This document shows positions 25,560 to 37,692 of a DNA stretch of 64,000 nt, piece after piece; positions within the stretch are counted from its first letter, which is position 1, and every line of letters begins with the position of its first letter. A program made the position numbers and the translations under genes. The notes below the pieces were generated by a model. It saw only the letters and a list, made by a program, of their open reading frames with translations, was not told the DNA's origin and did no database searches. Source of the DNA: Lama guanicoe (taxonomy: Eukaryota); NCBI GenBank assembly GCA_013239625.1, contig MU053652.1:8816077-8880076 (forward strand), written 5' to 3'.

Positions 25560-25704
25560 AGGGAGGCTATATAGCTCAAGTGGTAGAGAGCATTGTTAGC
25601 ACGCAGGAGGTTTGGGGTTCAATCCCCAGTGTCTCCTCTAAAAAATAAACACATGAATAAATCTAGTTAACTCCCCTCTGAAAAGGTAAATAAATAAAAA
25701 TAAG
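25560..25704 (+). mobile_element. tRNA-Ala-derived SINE (Vic-1-like)
   Basis: tatagctcaagtggtagag...ggggttcaatccccagt; 18-bp TSD agaagtcaca(g/a)gctgtga at 25542-25559 and 25705-25722. Confidence 0.9.
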
Positions 25705-25860
25705 AGAAGTCACAAGCTGTGATAAGAATTAACTAGCCTTGTAAATGGTCAAAAAAAAATGTTAAGGGATAGTTTACATTGTCTTAAGTCCTATTATCCT
25801 GTTAAGATACTCTTATCTTCCCGACCAAACTCCTCTCACCCTTTCCCCAGCTGGCGTCAG

Positions 25861-25890
25861 GCTCCCAGCTCCCAGCTCCCAGCTCCCAGC
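25861..25890 (+). repeat. (GCTCCCA)x4 tandem repeat
   Basis: gctcccagctcccagctcccagctcccagc. Confidence 0.9.
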
Positions 25891-28738
25891 TGCTCACCTG
25901 CCAGGGAGGCTGCAGGGAATGGGTGTGGCCGAAGGACCTCACCCAGGAGCCTCTCCTCCAGCTTGGGTCTCCTTCCTCTCACGGGAGAGTCGGTGCTGTG
26001 GAAAAGCCAAGATCCTTGTGCTGCTTTCAGTGCCGCTCCTCGTACCGGGTGCAGCCCTCTGGGCTCTCCTCTTTCTTATTTTTTTTTTACTATTATAATC
26101 TCTTCTGGCCGTCCCTTGGCTGTCAGTTCCTGTTTCTCCAGACCCCATGTGAGGTATAGGGTTTTCTCCTCACCTCTGTTCTTGAACTTGCCCTCTTCTT
26201 TCTGAGAATTTTTCTACTTCAGTGAAAAATTCTACTTCGGTGATCTTGCCACTTCCCACAGCTTCAATGGTGACCTCTCTTTATACAGATAATTGCAACC
26301 CAGTTATAATCCTCAGTGACAGATCTCTCTCTGCAACCGGCAGCTTGAACGTTCTGCTGACGCTTTAAACTCCCCAAGTTTAAAGTGAAATCCATCATCT
26401 CACTAAACCAGCTGCGGTACCTCTTTTAGCTCCCAGCAGAGCTCCTGACGAGAAAAGTTAACACTCCTGGCGCAAAGTAAGTGTTCAGTGAATATTTGAT
26501 GAGTGAACACATGACTTTATTATTTCTGTTAATATCACTTCCATTAATGGCCCATTCATTTCTCTTTTCCTTTTACTTCCTAGCCCCGTTTTGTTGCCAA
26601 TGTCAACATTCTGCCTCACAGCGCTTCTCAGATGTGTCTCTCTTTTACCATTTCCACGATATCTACGCTAATTCTGACCTTCATTTTTTCTTGCTTCTCT
26701 GTCTTTATGCGTCTCTCTACTGCTTTCTCCTCCCCACCGTCGTCTGGCAATCACCTTCAAAATGACAGGTTAACTTTCGCCACACTCCCTTCCAAAACCT
26801 TTCGGTGATTGTTGTTTCCTTAATAAATTAAAAATAAATTGCAAGCTGCAGTGTCAGGGTTCTGTCACGTTCTAGCTACCCAGTCGGAAGTCCTGGTCTT
26901 CTCTGCATAATCTTTGCCCCAGACAACCTGTTAATCCTCCCTGTAATGTTTCTCTTTTTCTGAGTTTTTCACAGTCAGGTGTCACAAAAGTCCTCGAAGA
27001 AGACTCCTGTTGATGCAGTCAGACACAAGAAACCTTTCCTCTGTAGTTATAAACTCTATCTTCTATACTTGTATACTAAATACACACGCTCACGGCTGCT
27101 TCTATTGTACGAGATCATATTTTGAAGGCAAAAACTGCTTCTCATTCACCTATTATCCTCTGTAAACCTCAACACAGTACCTTGCACATTGTGGGTCCAA
27201 GAAAAAGTACCTGTTGAAATCCCCACTGTTGCCTTTTCTCACGCTACCGTAAAATAAGACTGGTCCTAATCTCAGAATCTATTCGGCCTTTCACCTTATT
27301 ATGGAACTCAGCCTCAAAATGAGGGGTGTATTACAGAGTTCAGCCACTGTTACCCCAAGCTATACCCTCTGCACTCAGCAAATCTTGGGGTGGGTGGGAA
27401 GCAGGTTAAGCAGGGGACAGTCAGGACAACAGCATGGATATTCTTTGACAGTCCAAGTGAGGGACCACTGTGGTAAACCTGTCTCTTACCTTGCCAGACT
27501 GTCTTAACTCCTCCTGAACAATGGGTGTCAAAAGCTAGGCCTCCCAGTGTTAGGCAGCACTTTGAAATGCTAAAGAATAAGAAGGTTGCAGACCCAGAGA
27601 GTACTGTGTGATCAGATTGCTTTAGTCATTAACACAGAAAGGTAAAATTAAGTTGAGAACCTTAAGCAGAAATACAGCTAATGTGCGCCCTCCCCAACAT
27701 GTGTGTGTTTGAGACACGTTTTAATGGAAAGTTACTGAGGCAACTGGGAGCTGCTGCCACTGCCTCAGAGGCAGCCTGATTTGAATCTATAGGTTGCCAT
27801 AGTTACTTCTATTCTGTAAACTATTGTTTTCCTTATGATGGTCCACCGTAAAGTGCAATGCAAGGTATGTTTAGATGTCTATGCATATATTACAGTTAAT
27901 ATTACACATCAAACCCACTTTCCAGGTTGAAATATGTATGTATTCAGGTATCTCTGGGTGGCTTTTTAGAACAGAATTTTGAGTCAGGCTCTGATTCAAC
28001 GTTTAGGTCACACGGAGCGTAAGAAAAAAGAAAGGGAGTGTAGGTTTTAGGGAAATTTGAAACTCAGCTGAAGGTACAAGTCTTCCAAGATAAGCTGAAA
28101 GATGTGCTGTTTCCTATCATGTTAAGAGTCCAACAGGTGCCATTCAGAGACACCACGCCGTCACACTGAAGGAATTCAAAGGGGCAACAGATCTCTACTT
28201 GAATCTTGGCTCTGAAATTTGCAAACTGACCCGTGTTGGGCAAATCACTTTACCTTTCTGAATCTTGGCATTCTCATGTGGAAAAAGGGAAATAGTAAGG
28301 TAAAGGTACTGGTTAATTAGAAAGTACTGTCTCAGTACTGATTAGTTGTTATTCTAATAGGTTTGCCTTTGTCAGCCAGCCACAAGGATGTACATTGCCA
28401 GAGAAGGGGAAACGTGAAAAATAGGTAGGTAGAGCTACAATGCCTCATGCTAAGTGGAGCTATTTCAGTGTGTATGTAATTATTCTCTCGGTGTCTTTGC
28501 TGGTAGAATATTCTGAGTTTCAGCAAGCTCCCCTTGTGGAAATAAGCTTCTCTCATCCAAGTCTGTGGCGTCTGATATTTACACAGACTTTCGTTAAAAT
28601 TACCGTCACTGTCAAGTCTGACTCTTCTACAGTGTTTGCCCCGGTCTCTCTTTATGATCATTTTTCCATCTGTCAAGACACATTCAAAGAGTCTTCTTGC
28701 TCATTACCTGAACTACCTCTGTCAAAAATTCAAAAGGA

Positions 28739-28813
28739 CTGAAAAATTGTGCTGAACACTGGAATTTGACACAACATTGTAAAATGATTATAAATCAATA
28801 AAAAATGTTAAAA
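28739..28813 (+). mobile_element. 75-bp extreme 3' end of a young L1
   Basis: Perfect 15-bp TSD aaaaattcaaaagga at 28724-28738 and 28814-28828; body matches 13089-13160. Confidence 0.9.
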
Positions 28814-30109
28814 AAAAATTCAAAAGGAAAGAAGGCTGCCTTTTGTTACCGACGGAAGCGAAGGACAGCAGCGCTGTCTGGATCTGAATCGTTTCCAGGA
28901 GCGCATCCTGTGACACAGCGCTGAGGGCTCTAGGTGTGTTCCCTCGGTGCGGGCACAGCCTTTCTGAATAGCACTCTGAGTGCTTCAGGGATAAAAGAGT
29001 GGAGTTAAACAGAAAAGGTCTGGCTGGTACTAAGACTGAGGAAGAGGGAGAAAAAGAAAAGAAGAAAGCAAGAAGTGAGTCAAGGACAGAAACCGACACA
29101 CTGCTGCAGCAGGGTAGCCACGCACGGCCGTGAACAACACAGCCACTCGCTCAGCCTTAGTGCCGCTCGAGACCAACGGGAAGGACAAAAGAGACTTTCA
29201 GAGACAATGCACGACGGGGCAAAGTTCTAGGTTGAAACGCGTGGTTAGACATCTTGGTTTTGTAAGTCAGGCTGAGGGTGGAGAAACTAAAGCAGCAACA
29301 CAAAAGGGCTTTTATGTGCCTGTTAAATGTAAGATAACGCAATGTAGTCACTGACTCTTGTCTGGTTCAGTAGGGCCATCTTAGAGCTGCAACGCAGCCA
29401 GCTCAGATGTGCTAGCTTTCAAGAACAAGGCACAGGGAATACAGCATGACTGTGGTTCATATACAAAGTAATCCCTATTTTCTGTGCATTCCGGGGCATA
29501 TCACAGAGTAGTAGGCACCTTTTGTGGGCATCAGTCAAGTCATCGTATCACCGTACCTCCGTCTTCAGAGATGATGATATTACCTCCTACCTATCACTTC
29601 GGAAATCATGCCTCAACTTCCTGCCTCTAATTTTGGAGACAAGGATGCATTTTTTGAGTAAATTTTGAGTAAAATGCACCAAATAGTTTCATCAAGAATG
29701 TTCATTACCACTTCTTAATTCTAGTCAATACATGACTTAGAGAAATTGAGTATAAATATCAAAAATGCCCATTGTAAATCTAGAGACTGACTCATTTCTG
29801 GGACAGGTGTGCAACCGGATGAAATGTCATAGCAAGACTGAACGTACATAGTGTGGCTGATCTGACAGATTTTATCCCATGTGCTACATGTGCAAGATGG
29901 AAGGGACCGTTGTCAATGCCTGGCTTTTAAATATCCACTGAGGAATCTTTTTTGATTCGATCAGAAACTATAGAACAAATCCCACTCTCCCAACAGTAAT
30001 ATCCATCTCCACCCAACCTGGAGTTCAGTCCTAAAGATAATGATGCCTTTCAAAATAAGACAGACAAGAACAGAAAGTAAGCAATGTGGGGAGAGACTTC
30101 GCATGTTGG

Positions 30110-30300
30110 AAACAGCACCGAGCCAGGGGTCAGAAAATCTGTCTTCCTGTCCGGGTTCTGCCACTTATGAGCCATTTCATTTTGAGCAGTTGATCCTGTC
30201 CGAGCCTCAGTCTCCCCATCTGTTCCTTATGAATAATAATATCAATGCTGCCTACTTGATATGGTTTCAGAGTAGGTGAAGTAAGATTATGTAAACACTT
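30110..30300 (+). mobile_element. MIR fragment
   Basis: ggttctgccactta...gagcctcagtctccccatctgt MIR core. Confidence 0.6.
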
Positions 30301-31309
30301 CATAAATGATAAGATATCATTTGACTATCAAGTGGTGATATTTCACGTACAATGTAGTAGTTAAATAAGCTTTTGGGAATGACTCTGTAAAGACTGACCA
30401 TGCAGAAGTGAACTTTGGTAGTGTCGTTAGAGCTGCAGACTCTAGGCAAGTGTCAAGCAGGAAGAGGCGACTGAAAAAGCGCTGAGTAGGTGCCTCACTT
30501 CACCTACTGTCCATGATCATTGGAAGGAGCCATGGTGAGGTTCTGGGGTCTCCCATACCCCCTGTTCATCTCAGCTTCTCATGTTTCTGGAAAACGTGGT
30601 GGGCCTAATGGGGCAGTGGCATAGACACAGCCAAAAGCAGGAGCCAAATACCCCATCATCCAGGCTAGGTTCGTTGCCAGATTAAAACTTGCAGGTAATA
30701 GTTACCAAGTTGGTCTAATCAATTTCCACTGTTTTCCCTGCACACCACTCATTCACAGCAAACAACTCCTGGATGTTTCTAAAACAATGCGTGAAAGAGC
30801 TTACTGAAGGTAAATCACTGAGGAAGGGACAAAGCACAGGGATTTGTCAGTATGTCTTAGAATATACATCAAGGTAACAGTGAACGGAAGCAAGAGCTAC
30901 TTTTCTGGTGTTGCTTTTCTCAAGCTTGTGACCTTTAGAGCCTCTTAGCATCAAGAGTTAAGTGTGGAAAAGAGTTTGGGGTCTTGAGTTGCATCTCCAT
31001 GTAGTTTTCTAACATACTGAAATTTCTAAAGAACATAATATGTGATGCTGTTGCATAAAAACAATCAAAATCCAAAAGCTACATATATATCTCTCCCAAC
31101 CATTTACCATCACTGTTGCCAGTCACTTAGGTGTTGTTAGAGCTATGTTGGTGCACGTGGTAGTCCTGCTCTTTCCCTTTCTCATGCTGCTTTGTCAGGA
31201 TTTGGGACCCAGGTTATGTGTAGCCATATAATATGAGCTGGGGAGCTTTCCCACTTGTACGGTATAAAATTCAAAAGATTTATCACTAACTCATTTTTAA
31301 AACCATCTG

Positions 31310-31538
31310 GAAGAGGCACAAACCACCGAGTATAAAATAAACAAGATACAAATATGTCATGTATAATGCAGAGAGCATAGCCAGTATTTTATAATAACTT
31401 TAAATGGTGTATAATCTATAAAAATATTGAATCACTATGCTATACACTTGAAACTAATATAGGATTGTAAATGAACTATATATCAATAAAAAGAAGTATT
31501 TTTCCTATTTGAAAAAATTAAAATTAAATTTAAAAAAA
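31310..31538 (+). mobile_element. L1 3' end insertion
   Basis: gaatcactatgctatacacttgaaactaatat...tcaataaa; 14/15 TSD ttttaaaa(c/a)catctg at 31295-31309 and 31539-31553. Confidence 0.85.
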
Positions 31539-31559
31539 TTTTAAAAACATCTGATCTTG

Positions 31560-34500
31560 GGGACCTGTATGTGCAAAGCTTTTAAACTTATTGCAATAGT
31601 TTATTTCGTAGTTAAAGAACTATCAGGCTTTCCATTTACTTCTTGAATGAACTTTGTCAGGCTGTGATTTCCTGGGAAATGAGGCATTTCATTGAAGTTT
31701 ACAGATGCATTGATATTAAGTTGTTCAAATTGTTCTCTTTATACTTTTTGTTCTATCTGTAAATATCTCCCCTTATTCTAATATTGTTTTTTTTCACCTT
31801 CTGTCTCTCTTTTCCCATCAATCCATCTTACCAGAAGTTTGACAACTTTACTGGTCTTTCCAAAGAAGCAATTTTTGGCTTTGTTAAGTTTCGTTGCTTC
31901 TTTGTCTTCCATTTTATTAATTTGTTTTAGAAAATAAACTTTCTGATTTTGAATAACTTTAGATTTACAGAATAATTGTGAAGATAGTACAGAGCTTCCA
32001 TAGTTCACTTTGCTGTAATGTTACCATCATACATTCAATGGCACATTTGTCAAAACTAAAAGACCATTGTTAGGACTTTCCTATTGACTAACCACCAGGC
32101 CATTTTCGGATTTGACGAGCCTATTGGGTTTTTTGTTTGTCTGTTTCTCTTTTTTTGTGCCCTTTTTGTCTTTTCCATGATCCAGTTCAGGGCACCACAT
32201 TACATTTAGTCCTTGTGTCTCTTCTGATCTGTGGCCATTTCTCAGTCTCTCCTTGTTTTTCATGGTCTTAAGAGTATAGCAAGGCACTGGCCAAATATCT
32301 TGTCAGGGGCCCCTCAATTTGGGTTTCTCTGATATTTTCATGGTTAGACTGAGGTTATAGGTTTTTTTAAGAAATAAAATGCTCTCTCATCTCATTCTTT
32401 CTGAGGTTACATGTTATCCACAAGACATTACTCACTGGTCATGTTAACCTTGATCCCTTGCTTAAGGTAGTTTTTGCCAGCTTTCTCCACTGTAAAGACA
32501 TTATTTTGCTGTCTCCATATGCTATTCTTTGGAAGCAAGTCACTAAGTCCAGCTCACACTCAAGAGGAGAAGGGAATTAAAACCCCACGTTCTGGAGGGA
32601 GGACTGGCTACGTGTAGTAATTGGAATTCTTCTGCAGGGAAGATTTGTCTCTTCTCCCCTGTGTATTTGGTCAACCACTTATTTACATCCATGTGGGTTC
32701 GTGTATAGTTACTCTATACTTTGGGTTACGATCTGATGGACAACTTCTTTGTTACTCAAATTGTTCTAGCTTTAGCCATTGACAGCTCTTTCAGGCTGAC
32801 TCCCTTTGATACGCCCCATCCTTTTGTGTTTTACCAGGACACTTTCTTACCTTCTGGCACTAAAACATGCTTCAACTACTTCTTGTTTTTTTCCCTGCCT
32901 CAGCCTTAGAATCAGCCCTTTCTCCAAAGAGCTTTGGTACCTTTTCTTAGAGAATGATATTTAGAAACCAAGATTGGGATGATGGATGTGTGCATTGCTA
33001 CTGGCATGCCATTGCTTCCAGGCCCTCCGAGTGGACACAGCTGGGTGATATGTATGTATACTAACCCACAAGTTCATACCGATGTCTCCGTCTCTAGCCT
33101 GGTACCACACAGCTCATGTTAGCCTTCCTTTCTTGCTTGTTTGTAACTTCTCTCTTCAACAGTCAGAAACTTGGCTTCCACGATTCACCATCCATTTACT
33201 TATTTGTTCAACCCTTGTATACGTGTAAAGCAGTTTCAAAATTTGCCAACCAGAGTACACTGTGTACAGGTCCTTTAGTCCTTGGCCTTAGAGATTCCAA
33301 TTAAAACACTGTTTTCCACAGTTCAGTATGACACCTTCTTTTCTCCCCCACTCTCTTTAGTGAGGTTTTGTCATGTAATACAGTTAGAGTCACTTGTACA
33401 ATATGCATTCCGTCCTGGGATCTGTCCACAGCCTAGTTAACATAGTTGGGGTTTTTCTTTAAGCTTGTGTACAGCAAAGTTCATTCTTTTTACCGTTTAT
33501 TCTTACAGTTCTGTGGGTTTTGACAAACACGTAGGTTCATGTAGTTGCCACCTAGTACCATACAGAACACTTCCACACCCTAAAAGCTCCCTGGTTCCCC
33601 TTTTTGTAGTCAAACATTTCATTAAATTTTGTCCTTGATTTTATTATTCCTTCCTTCTACTTTCTTGGATTATTTTTCTACATTCCTAAATTAGCTGTTT
33701 AACTTATGACTTGTCAGCTTTTCTTCCTTTCTATAATAAGCATTTAAGGTTAAATTTCCACTAAGTATTGCTTTTATTACATATCTGCAATTTGATCATG
33801 TATTCGATTAAAATTCACTCTAAGTAATTCTAACTTCCCATTATAATTTCTTTTTTGAAACAGGGTTACTCATGAGTATATTTTAAAAGTTCCGGGAAAG
33901 TGAATCTTTTTGGGTGATTTTCTTGAGAATTGATTTTTAACCTGATTTCTTTGTGTTCAGAGAGTGTAGTCTGCATGATACTGATCCTTCATAACTTGAG
34001 GCTCCTTTATGGCCAATTATGTGTTAAATATTGTAAACGTTTCCTGTTGCTTGAAAAAATACGTATATTCTGTAGCTTGGTAGGGCAAGCAGGAGCCGTG
34101 TAATTCAAATCTTCTAGGCTCTCAATAACTTTCTGCCTGCTTGATCTGTGGGGTTAGGACCAAGGTGAGCAGAAAACTGCCGCTGCAATGTGCTTTCGTC
34201 CTCTCCTTCTACCAATTTTTGCTTTGTGTATTTTGATATTTGTATGATATGTTTGTCTGATATGTTTGGTACTTGTCTGATATGTTTGTTCTTACTTTTA
34301 GCTTTTCTGCATTCTTATGTTTTATAAATAGCAAAAATTAAATCAAAATAGATTCTGATTTAATTTCTGTTTTTTTAGTCAGTTTATCCATCTACAATTA
34401 TCACATGTCTCGATGTCAGTAAATTCTACCATTTTATTTTGGGCTTTCTTTTTGGCTCATGTTTATAAACTTTTTGTTTCTTTCTTGCCTCTTTTTTGTT

Positions 34501-36500
34501 TCATCCTGGTTATTTATTTTTTCCACTCAGTGGTTTACATTTTCCATCATTTGAGATTTTACCATGTGTGTTGCTAAAATTTTAAATATTATGCTAATCA
34601 GCACATTTCCCATCCTTCTCAAGAGTGCAAGGCCTTAGAACATTCCACTCCCCTTACCCACTTCCTGGCTCACATGCTTATACTGTCTATTATTTTATTT
34701 GTATCCTTGTTTGTTTTCTAATTTAAAAAATTAGATATTATTTTTATTTTCTTTTACTCAGTACTTGCCTAGATTTAGAAATTGCTTTCCTTTTCTCCTA
34801 AAGTATATTCTTTGGAATTTTCTATAATGGAACACCTATAGGTGGTGAACTTTTATTTGGAATTATCTTTGTTTCATCCACATTTTTTTAAAGGAAATTT
34901 TGCTCAGTATACAGATCTACACTGACAGCTGTTTTCTCTCAGAACGTTGAACATCGCTCTCCATTTCCTTCTGGCTTCCTTTGTTGAGAAGGCTGTCAGC
35001 AATCTAGTGACCATTCTTTTGAGGGGGATTTAACTGGATACTTTTAAGATGATTTTGTGTTTTGTGGGTTCACTATGGTAATATATCTACATATGGATTT
35101 CTTTTCATGTATTCTATTTGGGATTTTTGTGGATTTCTGATCCATCTGCCCTAATACTGGGTAAGTGCAAATTTCTTTGACCTGACCTTGATTGGGATAT
35201 GAAGATCCATGTCTGTCACCAGTTCTGGAATGTTGCTGTCACTTGAATTATTGTCTCTCCTCCAATCTTGCTCGTCTCTAAAACTACCATTACCCATGTA
35301 TTAGGCATTTTACCTTCTATCTCTCTTAATGTCTCTAATGTATATTCTGTTTGCTTATTTTTCCAGTTGTGCTCTACGTAGTATTTTCAGTTCTGTCTTC
35401 TAGTTCAGGACTCAGCAAACTTTTTCTGTAAAGGGCCAGATGGTAAACATAGTAAAGGTTTTGGGCTTTGTGGGCCACATGGTGTCTGTCACAATTACTT
35501 GACCCTCTTAACTGTAGTGCAGAAGCAGCCAATGGACGGTATGTGAAATGAATGAGTGTGGCTTGTCTTCTGATACAGTTTTATTCACGAAAACAAGTGG
35601 TGGGCTGCAGTTTGCTAACCTTTACTCTACTTCTTCATTTCTCTCTTCAACTATGACATCTGCTTTTTAACCTACTCATTGAATTTTTAATTTCAATCAT
35701 TAATTTTTTTAGTTCTAGAAAGTCTCTTTGGTTCTTTTATAAACCCATTTGTTCATTTCTGAATGTCTCATTCCTTTCTTGGTTTTTATTTCTTTAGACT
35801 TTCTATAATTATTTATATTCTGATCATTACAATAACTAAAATTTCCAGGTGTTTATATCTATTCTTTCTGCTGATTTTTTGTTTGCCATCATCACTGTTT
35901 TCTTATTGTGCTGGCAGTTTTTTGTAGTAGGTACATATACTTGGATTAACCTGTGGATATTCTGCAAGGCCTGGGTTGAGAATACTTTCTTCCTAAAAGA
36001 ATTTGCTCTGCTTTCACTTGGTGATAGGAAGGGCTACTGGAGCTATTTTATTTTCCATCTTGGAGATTCCTCAATTGTACAAGTAGTACCCAGCATAATG
36101 AGGTCAGGTGTGTGGTACAGATTCTCAGGAAAGACTCTTTTCACTCAGTCTACAGATGTTGTAGAAACAGATAGATTTCGTTGTTTGCTCCACTTTGCAA
36201 AAATATTTATTTTCTGGCCCATCCTTTCTCTCATAGTATAGCCCATTCGAGGGCTCCAGCTTTTGCAGGCATCTCAGGTTCAGCAGCCCATGCAGAGTAG
36301 GTCTCTGACCCAGAGGTACATTCTTCTCAGCATAGCTGTAGAGTCTCCTTGAAATCAACATTTGCCCCCAGGGCAGCCCTGGTGTTCACATTCACCCCTA
36401 CTTTGGCTTCAGTTTCCAGCTCATTTTTATGTTTCTGCCCTTGGGAGAATTTTTTTTTAACTTTGTTATTAGTACAGCATAACATTTAACAGTACCTTTG
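31560..36500 (-). mobile_element. Ancient antisense L1 block, with a nested L1M 3' UTR at ~31925-33615
   Basis: ORF 31778..32008(-) KLNKAKNCFFGKTSKVVKLLVRWIDGKRE resembles ORF2p [23 protein letters not shown]; T-rich plus strand; aataactttagatttacagaa...gaagatagtacagag is an L1M 3'-end signature; limits approximate. Confidence 0.65.
35406..35624 (+). mobile_element. MER58A-like hAT-Charlie element
   Basis: cag..tcagcaaactttttctgtaaagggccagat...gcagaagcagcca...aatgaatgagtgtggct...cagtttgctaacc. Confidence 0.8.
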
Positions 36501-37307
36501 GTATAATTTATTTAACATTTAGGTGTTTTGTAGTGAAGAGCAATTTTTGGAGCATCAAGTCAGTCTACTATACTTTAAGCAGAAATCACGTGATAACACC
36601 TTGCATTCTGAGAAACAAAAATTGGACGTCTCTATGGAGGACCTCCTGGGACCCTCTCTGTAACCCCTCTGCTTCAGGTTCAACCTGATTGGCTGCTGCT
36701 CATCCATTGCATCTCAGCTTAAATACCATTCCCAAACTGAATCTTTACCCAAAATCCAAACTACATCAGAACTTTTACTTTTGCTCTTCTTAAATGCAAT
36801 GTATACTTAATGTCTGATTTTTCTTTTTTATACCTGTCTCTATTATAAACTCTTTTAGGACAACAGTCATTTCTGTTGTGCTTATATTGTATTCCCAGGA
36901 CCTGGCCAGTACTCGATAAATATTTGTTGAGTAAATAAATGAAAGACATTAGACCATCTGTTTACAAATTTTTTAGGTGACATGTTGGGACACTTCATAA
37001 ATAGAGCTCACTATTAAATATTCTTAATGAATCAAATGCAGTAAGTTTCATGGCCCACGGAAAGACCCCATGTAACCAGCAAGATTGTGTCATCTTACAA
37101 CATAGAAATTAATAAATTAAAACAATGAAATATCTTCTTTATATATCAAATTAAAAATGATTTTAAAAACTGATAAAGACCACAGTTGATGAGGTTAGAG
37201 GGAAATTAATAATTTCATGCACTATGGGTCAGAGTATAAGCTGATAAGTGCTTTTTTAAGAAGCAGTTTTGCAATATGTGTCAAATGCCTGAAAATATCA
37301 TCTTATT

Positions 37308-37692
37308 TATCTTAGCTCAGCTGCCGTAATAAAATACCATAGACTGCCATAACAAAACACCATAGCCTTAAACAACAGAAATTTATTTTCTGACAGTTCT
37401 TAAGACTAGAAGTCTGAGATCAGGGTGCCAGTGTGGTTGGGTTCTAGGAAGGACTCTCTTTCTAGTTGTAGATGGCTGTCTTCTCTTAGACTCTTTATAG
37501 AAGAGAGAGAGAAAAAGGGATCTCACTCTTCTTCTTCTAATAAAGCTACCAGTCCAACCCGATTGGTGTCCCAGCCTTATGACCTCATTTAAACTTAATT
37601 ACTTCCTAAAAGCCCTATCTCCAACTATAGTAATTCTGGGGTTTGGGACTTCAACATATGAATTTTTAGGGAAGCAGTACAGTTCAAAGCAC
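37308..37692. mobile_element. MLT1A-type MaLR solo LTR inserted in an old L1 3' region (~37150-38100)
   Basis: ctgccataacaaaacaccata...ttaaacaacagaaatttatttt...gaagtctgagatcagggtgcca...cttatgacctcattt...ggacttcaacatatgaattt. Confidence 0.8.

Noticed and set aside
25759..26205. Longest ORF in the track (148 aa) and the other 60-135 aa ORFs
   Set aside because: Low-complexity or TE-derived sequence with no recognisable domain or splice context; expected by chance
34247..34288. Short direct duplication ttgtctgatatgtttg
   Set aside because: Local slippage within an old L1; no sign of function
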